Under the pieces are notes generated by a model, which was not told the DNA's origin, ran no database searches, and worked only from the letters and a program-made list of their open reading frames with translations. From Amoebidium appalachense (taxonomy: Eukaryota; Protista; Ichthyosporea), in the NCBI GenBank assembly GCA_963693365.1, contig CAVNZM010000009.1:10640469-10704468 (forward strand): a stretch of DNA of 64,000 nucleotides, written 5' to 3'. A program made the translations under genes and the position numbers. This document shows positions 35,340 to 50,474 of the stretch, piece after piece; the first letter of the stretch is position 1, and every line of letters starts with the position of its first letter.

Positions 35340-37357
35340 CAATCACATTGGGTGGGGGTGGAGGTGGAGGGTGGGAGTGGGAGTCAGGAGGGAGAGTAGG
35401 GTGACAGTAGGTTCAGCAGGCTGTGTGCCTCTTGCACAGGCCCAAACACCAACCCACTGTGTGCATGCAGGGTACAGGGCATACTTTGTGATGTGCTCAA
35501 CAATGCCTCTTGCTTTTCCCGAAGTTGTGATTGGCTGTGTATTTACTACTAGCAATATTCCCCACTCAGCATGCACACCCACGCTCACGCACTCACACAC
35601 CCACACCCACATACAAAACACCATCACACCTCCTTGAAGCCACAGACAGACAAACACCACTTTGTGTGTGTGTGTGTGAGAGGGAGGGGGGGATCAACTC
35701 ACCCCATTGCCTGAGACAGGAAGGTGTTTGCCTGTGGCCCATACAACCGTGTCAGTTTTCTCTTCAACAAAATGATCTCCCCCCCCCCCCCCCCCCCCCC
35801 CCCCGGGAACTCTCTCAGCCATCTTACATCCACCCAAACCGTTTCTTCTAGTGGCCTCAACCAGAAACATAGCTTGATTGATACCTGTTGTGTGGATGCA
35901 GAGCAGTACAAAACGGCAAAGTGCGGAGAAATACAACGCACACAAGGGCGCACAGTAGAAATTGGTTTGCGCATAAAGAATAGGCTACATGTCTCGTGTG
36001 GAGACCTTGGATGCATAGGCCCTCGGGGGATGTGGGAATGGGTAGATGGGTAAGTGGGTGGGCGAGTAGGAGTTGGGGGCTGGGGCTGGTTGACCTTTTC
36101 TTTTCTATCTTTTTTTTTTTTTTTTTTTTTGGGGGGGGGGGAAGGGGGGGGGGAGGGGGGGGGGGGGGGGGAAGGGGGAGGGGAGAGGGACGGCGGAACG
36201 GGGAGGGAAGGGGGGTAGGTGGGTGAGCAGGACCTTGCTCTGAGTGTTTGAGTGGCGATGGGGGCGCTGGGGGTCAGCCTGGGGGGTAGCCGTGATGATG
36301 AGCCGGTGCAGACAGCGCAGACACGGTACATAGTTGGTGCGGGTCAGATGGTTGCTGACTAGCTCGGTCTGGGGGGGGGGGGGGGGGAGGGGGGATTAGG
36401 ATGTGCAACACAGTACGAACAGTCTCAGTATCAACCCCCCCCCCCCCCCCCCCCCCCCCCCTCTCCTCCCCTTCCCCAAGAAAAAAGCGAACAAACAAAC
36501 AAACAAAAAGAACAGCCCCTTTTTGTTTCATGCTCCTGTCTCCTGTTTACCACGGCCCATCCACTACATCAACTTCCATCTAGCGATTACCCCATCAATA
36601 TCAACGAATTTCCAGGAACTATCCCTCCACTATCCCATTGGGACCTGTCCCTCCATTATCCCATCAGAAACTATCACTCTACTATCCCAACAATACCCAC
36701 GAATTTTCCGAAAATATCCCGTCCATCCCATACCAGCACGTCTAGTGCCTGGTCCAGCCTGCTTGCATGGGTCTTGGGCTGGGGTCTGTCGGCATGGCTG
36801 GCGGCTGCACTGGCCAACAGCGTGAGGATGCTCTCTGGGGGGGAAGGAGTGGTTACGCTACATGCATGGGGTGAGGGATACGAGGGGAGGAGGAGGAGGA
36901 AGAGGAGGAGGGGGGTGTATTGGGAAATTCAGGAGAGTAATTATGAGGGCGGGATGGAAGAGCAGAAAAGCGACGCAGTGGAGAGCAGAATGAGCGGGAA
37001 ACGGTGGCTCCCCGGGGGGGGGGGGGGGGGGGGGGGGTTGATAATGATGAGCAAGGATAGGCAGAGATGTCTGTGTATGTGCTGGTGCACAGCTACCCCC
37101 GTGATATGACAAGAATAAGGGACCCAATGTAGCCACACAGATACACCACTGCTGATACCATCCAACCCCTATGCCAATATATCCCCCCCCCCCCCCCCCC
37201 AAAAACAAAAAAAAAGGGGGGGGGGGGGGGGGGGGGGGGGCTTTGTCAAATATGATCACATTTCCCCTAAAAAAAAAAGAGAGAGAGAGGGGGGGACGAT
37301 AATGGCACGTGAGCTGCAATATATAGATTGGAGGCATCACCTGACTCCCAAAACAGT

Positions 37358-37409
<52 letters not shown>

Positions 37410-37833
37410 TTACCCCAGTCCTCTGCCGTCTCTATGTGGCTCATGTTTGCTCTCAGGAACACCCCCAGCCCTGTGCACGTGGTCAGTGCCCACCTGCCAC
37501 CCAGGCCCTGCACAACCATGCTGACAGGGGCACACATGAGCCAGAAAGAGAAACACACACGTCACTCCATTTCTATCTCTCCCTCTCTCTTTCTCTCTCT
37601 CTCGCTCTCTCTCTCCGTCTCTCTCTCTTTCCCCTTGCCCTGCTCCCCCCCCTCCCCTCCCCCCCCTCCCCTCCCCCCTCTCCCCTCCCCCCCCCCCCCC
37701 TCCCCCCCAAAAGCAACACTCCACCCCCTCCCTCCCCCTTCCCTGCCGCTGTCAATTTGGCATCAGCCACACTACATCTTCCCTCCATTCCCAATCCAGA
37801 CAAAAGAAATGCATAATAACCCCCCCCCCCCCA

Positions 37834-37864
<31 letters not shown>

Positions 37865-38348
37865 TCCCCCTGCCCCCCCGTCCATACCCCCCCCCGCTCT
37901 CTCTCTCTCTCTCCGGCACAGTAGGCCAAAAAAAAAAAAAAAAAGGAAAACAACCAAAAACCCAACACAGCAAGCAAGCCCACCCACCAGCCATAGTCTG
38001 AGGCACAGTCTGTGCTGCTGTCTTTGGGTCCAACCTCAGCAGGGTAGTGAGTGCCCCCAGCACCTGACTGCTGACTGCTGTGTTGTGGTACAGCCTGCTG
38101 CCCAGGCGGAATAGTGCTACTACGGCACGGTCGGCTAGACGGGGGGTAGGTTCGGCAGCAAGGATGGAGGTCAGGTGGTCAAACACGATGTGCCATACGT
38201 GGTGGATACGGTCCTGAGGGGGGTAAAGGGGTTAGTGGCATACAGGCTAGGCCTGGTTGCATCTGGTGGGAACAGATTGGAGGCCAAAGGGCGGGCGGAG
38301 TAGGAGAGGAGCAAGCGGGGGAGGGCAGGGTGGTGGTGGTGGTGGTGG

Positions 38349-38386
<38 letters not shown>

Positions 38387-39054
38387 GGGGGGAGGGGAGA
38401 GGGAGAGAGAGAAAGGGAGACAGACAGAGACAGAAAGGAAGAGAGAGAGAGAGAGAGGGGGGGGGGGGGGGGGGGGGAGGCTTGCCATTGACCATTTAGC
38501 AGCGCTGGGTGCGTGGGGAGGGGGACAGAGAGGGTTGTATGCCGATTGAGAAGGATAAGAGACGGGAGCAGGGGGAAACGGGGGGGGTGGTGGTGGGGGG
38601 GAGGAACATATGCCACACATGAAACGAAAGAGACGGGAGCAGGGGGAATGTGGGGGGGATGAACATATGCCATGCATTGCAACAGGCACCAGAGCCTAAC
38701 ACACACACCCACACACCATGGTGCCAAAGGTGTGTGCACATGCCTGCACAATCACCCACATCATATGCCCCTTGCAAGTGCTCGCATGCACACAGTGTTA
38801 TTAGGTGTGCCCTGAATGCATGTGTTATCATGTGACACCATGCACGTATGCCAATGTCCACCTTGTTGGCCAGTGTGACATTAACGAGGTTTTCGAGGAA
38901 AAACATGGCCGCCTCCTCATCGTACTCCCCTGAGCGCTGGTACTCTGGGGGGCACATGGTGGTAAGTTTACTGTGCATCAAAAAGCGGAAGAAGAGACCC
39001 GGGAGCATGGGTGGTCGAAGATTTTTCTATTTGCGAGGGGGGATTTTTTTTTTT

Positions 39055-39100
<46 letters not shown>

Positions 39101-40274
39101 TTTTATAACTGTGGCGGTAACGTGAAGATGAGAGAGTACGATTTGGTGTGTCTACACGTGCTAGAGTGCATGTTGGTGGTGTCTCTCTATCTGCCTCACA
39201 TTTTCACTCTTTATCCCCCCCCCTCCCCGTGTGTGTGAGTGTGTGTGTGTGTGAGTGAGTGTGTGTGTGTGCGCGCGCGCGCATGCGTGCGTGCGTGTGT
39301 GTGTGTGTGTTTGTGTGTATCTCTGGGCATTTGGCTAGGGATATTTACCGCTGTACTCCTGCTGCTGCTGGCTGGGCTGTTGGGGCTGGGAGGCATAGAC
39401 AAGCGCACGGGTCAGGTAGACGAGGGACTCAACCTGGGGGGGGGGGGGGGGGGGTCAGTGGCTGAGTACTATGCAAATAATCAAGCCGGGGGGGGGGGGG
39501 GGGGGGGGGGGGGAGGGGGGAAGGGGGGGGAGTGAGGGAAAGAGCTGTTTCGTTCACTTTGCAGCAGCACAACCCAGCTGATGGTGGCTGTGGCTGTGTG
39601 TGGTGGTGGTTGCTGCCATCCGTCCAGGTTTTACCAAGTCATTGACTGCCAGAGGGAACACATGTATGTGTTGGAGGTATAGACTGGGTGAAAGGGGGTG
39701 ATGGTGCGTGAATTCAAGTCCATTGTAACACACACATCTCTCTTTTCACTTTTCTTCCTCACTATACATGGTCTATGTCCTCCTGAAAGCTAGTTTCGTT
39801 CACTTCTAGCCAACAGTTAGATGCCTATGATGCTCTGAGCACACACCTTCAGGAACCTGCTCTCCATAAATAGCTCGGGGATGCGGCACTGACCGAGACA
39901 CTCCTCGGCGGCCTTCTTGGCCTGAAATGAAGTCAGTTAGTGGAGGGTCACATGATGCCACAGTTAAAATGACAGGACATAGCACAGGGGGAAACAACAC
40001 CACTACCCCAAACTCTCCCATCACACCTTTCGTTCTCAACAACCACAACCCTTAAACACAAACAAAGATACCCACACACTCACACACCGTTGCCTTACAC
40101 ATACACAAAACATAAACATGTCACCTTCTCGCACACACACATACGCATTCGAGCACACCCACACGCACACACGCACACACACACACCCACGCACCCACGC
40201 ACCCACACACACATGCACACACACACACACACACATACACACGCACCCACCCACCCCCACACCCACGCACCCAT

Positions 40275-40372
<98 letters not shown>

Positions 40373-42604
40373 ACCCACCCACCCACCCACCCACCCACCC
40401 ACACTCACGCACCTGCACATCCACGGGGTTCTCCTCCTGCTGCACCTCGCTGCCCAATGCCCAGTAGAGCGTCGATGCAATCCACCCGTCACGCTGCTGC
40501 TGTTGCTGCTTGGGCCATGCCATCAGTGCGTGCACACAGTACTAGTATGTGCACACAGTACTAGTATGTGCACACAGTACTAGTATGTGCACACAGTATT
40601 AGTATGTGCACACAGTACTAGTATGTGCACACAGTACTAGTATGTGCATACAGTGCCATCGGCAGAACAAAGCAACATACACAGAGTCACCCACATGGTC
40701 TATGGTTGATTTGGGCACAAAAATGTTTGGAGCTGGCAAGGCACGTGCAAAACACGTGACCACACCAACGACACATGCCAGAGAACACCGCACCAACACA
40801 TCCTCATGGTTGGACATGCATGTGCCTTTCCCACGTCTACCCCACCAGTCGGATGGGTGCCGCCATGAACACAAACACAAACGTGCCCATGCATCAACAC
40901 ACACACGAGCACCAGCAGCCCCCGTCCCTCCCCCGCATCGCGCACCTAACAACCCACCTGCTTTTTGGGCTCGTGCAGGGTGATTGTCCCCTCGAGGAAA
41001 TCCTGTAAATAGATGTTAGCCACCCCCCAACATGGATCACGTGGCACGGGTTAACACTATCTTCTGTGTCTGTCGTGCATGCCTCCACCTCTCTGTGTGT
41101 GTCTATGTGCAAGTAGTAGTTCCGTAACTGCCAGTGGCTAATGCACATGAGCAAGGACACGTGTGCCTGTCTGACCATTACTACACATGCACGGACTTCT
41201 TAATGCACGCTCTTCTGTATGCACATGTTTTTCATGCATGTTTTCCTATGCACAAGTTTTTCATGCGCATGTTTCCTATGCACCTGCTTCCTCGTGCTCG
41301 TGTTTTTTCCTCACGTCTTTCGTCATGCACGTGTTTCTTCACCCACGTGCACCCCCATGCACGGGCACCCACCTCGAGCACAAGCATGGAGGGGGGCAGC
41401 AGCTTTGCCTGCAGCATTCTGCGCATACATTCCAGAATGTTCTTCCAGCCCTCACGCAGCATGTCCCCGTTCTCACGTGCCAGCGAGAACACTGTGTGTT
41501 GGTATGTGTGTGTGTGTGTGGAAGGGGGGGGGGGGGGGGGGGGGGGGGGGAGGGGGGGGGAGGGAGGGGGGAGAGTGGGTTAAAGATGGAGAGAGAAAAG
41601 TAGGGAGAACGTGCGTGCTATTGTGTGTGTGCCTGTGGGTGTTTGTGTGGGCACGAGCGCTTGCGCCTGGGTGTGCGTCTAGGTGGATGTGTGGGGTTTG
41701 TAAGTAATATACATATTTGAATGTGTCTGTAACCTTGACCCTTCCTGTATATCTCCTCCCCCCTCCCCCCCCTGACCCCCTCCCCCCCCCCCCCCCTCCC
41801 ACCTCCTTCTCCTCCCCCCCCCCCCTCCCCTCCCCCCGCGCGCAAAAAAAAAAAAAAGGGATTTACTTGTGACAGCAGCCAGATGTGCCCTGTAGTTGAG
41901 GCCAAAAACCACGGCCAGACTCTCCTGCTTGCCGTTCTCGTCCACACCAACCTGGGGGGGAAGAGGGGGGAGGGGGGGATGGGTTGGTGAGTGGTCGGAA
42001 CGGTGGTGTCGCAAACTAACCCAACTACAAATACACAATACAGGATCAACAACAAAGCACCCCATTTCTAACTATCCGTGTACGCATGGACATTTACTGG
42101 CCACACAGGCATGCATTCACATGTGCATTTGCAGCACGATCCGTCCATTTAGGAGGAGGTTGGAAAACAACCCAGAGATCCGCGAAAGGCAGCTTTCAGA
42201 CGCAGGTGGAGTGAGCAGGGGGAGGGGGGGGGGAGGGGGGGGAGGGGGGGGGGTTGATCCAGGTAAATGGGATAGCAAATGGTAGCAGGGAGGGGGCTAA
42301 GGGCTGCACATACATCCGAGAGCAGGCCAGTAAAGTTGCTGAGACTGATGACCATCTTGTCAAAGACCTCACTGAGCTGGAAGTGCGCAGCCAGGGTGGC
42401 ACACTGCTTGAAGCCCCCTATGGCACGCTGAACAATGCCCTCGTTCTGTGACAGGGGGTGGGAATGAGTTGATGTCGGTCAGGAACCAGACCACCTTACA
42501 TACACACATAGTCGCCTACATCCAGCCCTACCTCATCCCCCCCCCCAAAAACCCACCCCCTCCAACCACAACACCCATACACCCAACTACCCCCCCCCCC
42601 CCCG

Positions 42605-42663
<59 letters not shown>

Positions 42664-43370
42664 ACCCACCCACCCACCCACCTGTGCGGTATCAAAGATG
42701 TATCGGATGGCGGCCACTGCGGGGCTCCAAATGACAAGAAACATGTCGTGGTCGTAGTCCGCACTGCACGTCTGGGGAGAAAGTGGGTGAGATAACACCA
42801 TGTCCAGATATTCTGCTACTCCGAACATCATATGAAGATAAACTTCATAAATGCATTGGAGCGGGATAACACCATGCCGAGATATTCTGCTACTCCGAAT
42901 ACCATATGCACATATAGCGGGTAAATGTAATGGGGTGAAATACACTCAGAAGCATGTTCCAGTACTCCGATCAGACAACTACACAGATAAATCGGTATAT
43001 GAATTACCGTGCATACACGTGGTTGTGTGGTGTCCGTGGAACTGGGTGGAAATGTATAGGCATGGCTGTGTGTGTGTGTGTGTCCGCCCATGCATGAGTG
43101 TGTGTCCTGCACGGTGTGCAAATAGGTGTGCGTGCTGTGTGTGGAAATTGTGTACGTGTTGCGCGCATGCATGCACTTTGGGGGACAGAGGGACAAAAAG
43201 ACAAACCTACGAACAAAAGAGGGCATAAGGGGGGAGGAGGGCGAGGGGGGGGGGGGGGGGGGGGGGGGTGGAGAGAGGAGGGGTCAACGCACCGAAATGT
43301 ATTCACCGTACAAGGGATTGCAGCCCTTCTTCAGCAACTCGGACCAGAAGTAGTTTTCATACGTGGCACC

Positions 43371-43436
<66 letters not shown>

Positions 43437-44518
43437 ATGCGTGTATGTGCATGCTTATCGCGCGTGTGTGCTTGTGTGTGCAAGTCAGGAAAAAACCACA
43501 ATCTTGCTGTCAGTGTGTGTACACGTACCAAAGGATGCCCATGCAGCTCACATATTCTGCTGTGCACAAACGGATCCGAACACGTGCATGCCTAGTGTGA
43601 ACCCACGTTTTACGTGTGTTTGTGCAGGGCAAGGTGCAATGCTCAGGTGCATGCACGTGCTATGCCTGCAGGTGCAATGCGGTGTGTGTGCACGTGCAAC
43701 GAGGTGTGTGTGCACGTGCTATGTGGTGTGTGTGCACGTGCTATGTGATGTGTGTGCACGTGCTATGTGATGTGTGTGCACGTGTGGAGTGTCTGCATGT
43801 GCCCATACCGGCCTCATCAGGCATGATGATCTCGTTGTGTTTGATGCTTGCATAGATCTCCTCCAGGTATTCCCGCTCAAAGTTTTTGCCGTTGTGCAGC
43901 CCCCTGCACCCCTTCATGTCAGCTTCAAACACAATCACAAACCTATTCCCAATCACCCGAATAAACGAATACCCTCTGACTTCCCTTTGATCCCTCCAGC
44001 CACCCCAACCGCACCCCCTCAACCCCCCCACATCCAAATTTCCTTCCCTCCGCCCCAGACCACCACCAACCCATATCCACACCACACACAGTGGGCACGT
44101 CATCATATTTGAACTAGACCACGAGTATCCCCCCCCCCCCCCCTCCTCCTCCCTTGCAAAACCCCCCCCTTCTCCCCCCCCCCCCCTCCACACCCCCCCG
44201 GCCTGTGACCCACCTCTGATTTTTGATGAAGTCCTCTACTGTCATTCGCTTCTTGACCTGCAACCCTCCAGTCAGTCACCATGCCATGCACGTGCACACA
44301 CATTAGAACGGGAGGGAGGAAGGGAGGAAGGGAGGGAGGGAGGGAGGGGAGAGGGAGGGAGGGAGGGAAGGAGGGAGGGAGGGAGGGAGGGAAGGAAGAA
44401 GGGAGGGAAAAATAGAGAGAACGGGAGAAGCATATCAGAACCATGCACATGAGCTATTCAAGCCCACATAACCCCCCTTCCCCACCCCGAAAACCCATAC
44501 ATAATACACGAAACTCAG

Positions 44519-44559
<41 letters not shown>

Positions 44560-45112
44560 AGGCCCACCCAAGCAAACAAACAAGAACACACACACGTACC
44601 CGTGGGTTGTGCTGATCCACATTGAGCATGATGATGGCGTAGGCCAAAACAAACACTGAGTCTGTGTCATCGATCACTCCGGGATTTTGTCTGCACAAAT
44701 CACGCTGTCAGCTGCCACAGCGGCAAGACCTCCCCTCCCCCCTCCCCAGAACACACATCCGCCAACACGCCCCATCCCATCCACCCTCTACACAAACACA
44801 CACTACCCAACCCTGCCCACCAACACACACACAAACACACACACCACCCAGTTTGCAAACCCACCCACCCACAACCCATCCCACGCCACTCACAGAAGCA
44901 TACCACGCCACACACCCATGCAGACCCCATCACACCCCCATATTCCACATTCCAACCACCTTGCAGCCTCCACTCTCTTACAATCCCTTCTGCCCCCCCA
45001 TCCCCCCCCCCCCCCCCCCCCCCCCCCCGAGTGTCAATAAAGCGGCAACTGCGTTGAAGCCGTCTTTGCACCAGCCAAAAAAAGATGTCTTGCAAACATC
45101 CACGTTACCCTC

Positions 45113-45160
<48 letters not shown>

Positions 45161-45486
45161 ACGCATGCACACACCGAAACTGGCCCACCCTGTCCCATCC
45201 TCGCCACCCATCCACCCATCCACACACACCAAAATAAAGAGAAGACCCCCCCCCCCCCCCGGTGTCAATAAAGCGGCAACTGCGTTGAAGCCGTCTTTGC
45301 ACCAGCCAAAAACAGATGTCTTGCAAACATCCACGTTACCCCCCCCCCCCCCCTCCCCAACACACACACAGACACACACGCATGCCCACACTGAAACTGG
45401 CTCACCCTTTCCCATCCTCGCCACCCATCCACCCATCCACACACACCAAAATAAAGAGAAGACACCCAGGCAACCAAGCAGGCCAT

Positions 45487-45577
<91 letters not shown>

Positions 45578-46158
45578 TTCACCTGTGGTACTGCTCTGCA
45601 AATGCCTCCATGATACGGAAGATGATCTGTGCCTCCCCCGGCAACCTGCAGTCCCACACCATATGCATCAGTGGGTAGCCCCCCCTTCTTTGCTGGCCTA
45701 ACTCCTCGACAATCAATCCCCCAGAAACCACTATGACGGCAGGTGTTACCTGATCAATATTAGCCAAATATTTACGCGCCATTTTTGGCAGGTGGCTAAC
45801 CATAAAAGGCTAGTTTTGTCACCTTGCTGGCTAACTTTTTTGGCTGCAGCGCATCCTGCAGGAATACTATTGCCACGATATAATTTTTCAGGAAGAATAT
45901 ATATTCCACGACCAGCAAGGCGCTTTTGAAAGGTTATAACATCGCCACAGTTTCAGCCGGTCCGGAAAATCATTATGCTCCAGAAACCATCCACATACCC
46001 TTGCATTCCTATCTACCCAAAACCTCAAGCCCATGCATCTCCACCATATATACATATCCAGACTTCCCAATACCCTTTGCACTCACACACCTCCTATCCA
46101 TGCATTCGGCACCCTTCCCTCCGCCCAAATCTTTCGCCCTCAAGCCTCCCCAGTATCA

Positions 46159-46191
<33 letters not shown>

Positions 46192-46518
46192 ACAAACAAA
46201 CAAAAAAAAACAAAAAAAAAAAAACAGCCCCTCTTTGCAATACCTGAAACCCTCGAGGAAGTCTCTCAGTGAGTTGTCTATGCGCTGGCCAGCCATGTTG
46301 ATCGTGCTGGTGAATGCTTTGAGCAGAGACACACCATCGGGCCGGCCAAGGAACTCCCCTGGGGATGGATGGGTGTTAGACATGGGGGTATGGGGTGAGA
46401 GCAATGGGTGTGAAAAAGACGCAGTGCGTGGTTGGGTGTCGGTGTGTGTGTAGATTGTGCATGTGGGGAGAGTTGTGTATGTGCGTGTGTCGTGTGCATG
46501 TGTGTGCCATATGCTTGT

Positions 46519-46563
<45 letters not shown>

Positions 46564-47516
46564 ATCTCCTTTCCTTTTGGGTCTTCCAATCTTTGCAAAT
46601 TTTTTTGGTTCTGGTTTTTTCTCAAGAGAGACACATGCAGGAGCCCTTAATAGGTGGTGTCGTGTGTGTCTAAACACTTATGCCCAGTGTTTTACCTATC
46701 TTTGCCTTATGCCCAGTGTTTTACCTATCTTTGCCTTATGCCCAGTGTTTTACCTATCTTTGCCTTATGCCCAGTGTTTTACCTATCTTTGCCTTATGCC
46801 CAGTGTTTTACCTATCTTTGCCTTGTCCAGCTGGGGAGTGGTCCTCAGGAACACAACAAGGTCATCTTCAAAAGGTTCGGGGGTGATGGGATCATGCCCC
46901 TCTCCTGCCGCCCATACACCAATCAGATCAGCTCAAACACATCAACCAATCAGATTAGCTCAAATGCATCAACCAATCATTATGTGTCAGCAATTCACAC
47001 TGGCCCAGCATGCATCCTTCCCCCCCTTCCCTGCCCCCGCCGCCGCCAGCCACCTTGCGTTCACACACAGACCTTGTAACCCTCTCCCTTCAACCTTACC
47101 CAGCCTCTGCCCCCGCAACTCACCCCACACCTTGCATCAAGCACCGTCCAATCACCCCTCTAAGCCCTAGGACTCCCCCCCCCCCCCCCCCCCCCCCTAA
47201 CCCTTCCCTCCCCCAACCCTTCGACGCACCGCTCTCCCCTTACCCATACCCACCCACCCACCCACCCACCCACGCACCCCCCCCCCCCCCCCCTTTACCC
47301 ACACCCACCCACCCACCATCACTCCCTCCCCCCCCCTCTCTTCCCCTCCACCACCCACCTGTAGGAACTTCACGCCCTTTGCCGGTTTCTCATTGAACAG
47401 TGCGGATGCCTCCAGCAGCAGCTGTTTGTTTCGTCTCAGCTCACGGAGTGACGCTGCACTCAAGAGCTGGCCTCGACCCGCTGCGGGGCTCTGGTCTCCG
47501 GCAAGAGAGGTCATGG

Positions 47517-47599
<83 letters not shown>

Positions 47600-48564
47600 A
47601 AAAAGAGAGAGGAGCATGGGGGGAGGTTGGTATCAGGGGGACGAACTATTTCTTGCACCATGCATGTTCGTGTGGTTCATGCCTCCTAATGCACGTGCAC
47701 CTAAAAATCTCAGCCAGATAGCATGTGTAGCCAACATACCAACGTGTCCACATGCATGCACATGCTTGCATAACGTGTACACGTGCTTGCATAACGTTGT
47801 AGCCAACATACCAACGTGTCCACATGCATGCACATGCTTGCATAACGTGTACACGTGCTTGCATAACGTGTACACGTGCTTGCATAATGTGTGCCCGTGC
47901 ATGGCTCTACCTTGCATGGCGCATGGCCGCAAAGACCATGGGGCTCTGTGGGCGCTGGGCTGCCGGCTGGCTGTCCTCCACCACCAGTGACGGAAGGGAC
48001 AGGTTCTTGTGCAGGGCAAGCCCGGACCTAAGATAACATGGGGTGAGCATGGGCTGCACGGTGATGAGGGTGCCCACGTTCATCGATACGTGTTGTGGGC
48101 ACACTGTGTGACTATGTGCCGTGTGCGCTCCCAGTGGCCTATGCAAACACATGTGTGGGGGGGGGTTTCCGCGTGTTCGTGTGTGCATTCTGTTCGTGCA
48201 CGAGATGTTTGTAAGAATAAGTGCAGGGGCCATCCCATGGCGCATGCACGTGCACACATGAGGTTTCACTCGAACATGCTCGCACAACAAATGAAGTTTC
48301 ACAAGACACATGCATATGCACACAGGATGTTTCACACGGACACAAGCACGTACTCGTCCCTTGCAGCCATTGGATGTGATGGCAGCCTCTTAGCCTGTCT
48401 GCACCTCATCTCAATCGCATCCACCACACTGAATAGGCCCTCCAAGGCAAGCATGTGCGTCGATAGGAGCTGACCATTGGCGGGGAAAGAGTGCTGGGGG
48501 GGGGGGGGGGGGGGGGGAGAGTGAGTGAGTGTGAGTAGGTATGTGTCTGTGTGGTGAGGGGGAG

Positions 48565-48643
<79 letters not shown>

Positions 48644-50435
48644 GGGGGGGAGGGGGGGGGGGGGTGAAATGTAAGACGGAAGAGTTTAGCCCCCCCTCCC
48701 CCCTCCCCCCTCCCCCTTCACACACGCACACATGTCACCCCCCCCCCCCCCCCCTACCCCACCCCCCCTTTTCCCCTGCATGCCCCAGGACTAAGTATGT
48801 CAAAGACGACAAAATAACCAAAAAAACAAAAAGAAAACATCACCTGAACAGTACCAATGTTTGTGCGTGTTCTGTGTGCTGGCCCAAGTGTGTTCTTATT
48901 ATGCACCCACCTCGCTCAAGAACTTCATGAGCCTCTCGAGCAGGTCTGAGCAGAACAGATTGCAGTCATAGTTGACGTACAGCTCAACCACAAACCCGGG
49001 CTGCCGGCACAGCTGAGAGGGGGAAAAGGGGGGTCAGAAAGGGTGGCAGCATTTGCAATATGCACGGGCCGAGGGGGGGAGGGGGGGGGGGGGGGGGGTG
49101 TCAATTGCAGCATCCGAAGGGCAGAAGAGGAGCTGGGACTGGGGGCAAGTGAGTGGTGTATGTGTGTGGTGAAAGCGGGGTGGGGGGTGGGGAGGAGGAG
49201 GGGGATTCGACGTGGTGATGTTACTGTCTGCGTGTTATTGTTGCACTTTTCTACCCCATTCTCTGTATCGATAATGTCATCACTCAACCTCTAAACAAAC
49301 CCAAACATTTACACATCCGCCTGCATGAACACTGGTGGATGGCCAGTAACGAGGGAGCCAATGATACCTGCAGGATGGTATCGAGGGCCATCTCCTGGTG
49401 TTCGGGGCTGTAGTGGGGCTGGTCGATGCGGGACATCAAAAGATCGAGGAACCGCTCAAGCTGGGGTGGGAGGGGAAAAGGGTTGTATAAGGCGTTAGAG
49501 CATGAAGTAAACATGGATGGGTAGAGGTGCCTCGGGCGGGGGAGGGGGGGGGGGGGGGGGGTCCGGTGTGTTCCCGTAGCTCATGTACGACTCTTGTGAC
49601 ACACCATACCACTGCATGGCTAAGAGTTCATTCAAACTCCTGTCCCGTCAAGCACGGACAAGAGGGTATTGGAAAGATGGAAATGGGCAGGTTATGTGAA
49701 TCAACAAAGGGAAAAGAAAGGGAAAAGGAGGTATTGCAAAAAAACTCGATGGAAAGACGGAAAGGTGCGGTCGAGTGTGTTTCGCGCATGCGTGTGTTTG
49801 GGCATTCTATTTGCCTGTGAATATGTACGTGGGTGTGCGTGCGTGCAAGTGTGTGTGCCCAGTGTGTGCACGGGCATGTTTGCACTTGCCTGGAACTTGA
49901 GGTGAGGCCTCAGGGCGATGAAGGTCAGCAGGGCCAGTCTGAGCGTCAGCGTGAACAGCTGCAGGCTGTCCGTCTTGGCAACCTGCAGGGTATAAGGAGT
50001 TAGCCCCAATGTTATTCACATATCTGCGACAGGGGGGAGGCACTAGTGGATCCCATGGGCTAAATGGCAGAATTCAAGTCACAACCAGCCTGAAGCACAC
50101 TCTGATGCATCTGATAGTAATGGAGGCAGAGGTGGGTGAGGCTGTGGTGGGTGAGCATAATGGTTTTTGGACTGGCTGAGTTTGTAGCAATGTTATCACC
50201 CACTTAAGAGCGCTTTGTTGGCTGTTATCTATATTATAATCTCTACTTTATTGTTTGTAGAAATAATAGTCCTGCGGGCAGCGCTCCAGCCACAACAGTT
50301 AGCCAGCAAGGGGACAAAACTAACCTTTTATGGTTAGCCACCTGCCAAAAAATGGCGCGTAAATAGTTAGCTAATTTTGATTGGGTAACACATGCCATCA
50401 CGATGGGTGGGTGGGTGGGTGGGAGGTGGCCGGGT

Positions 50436-50474
<39 letters not shown>

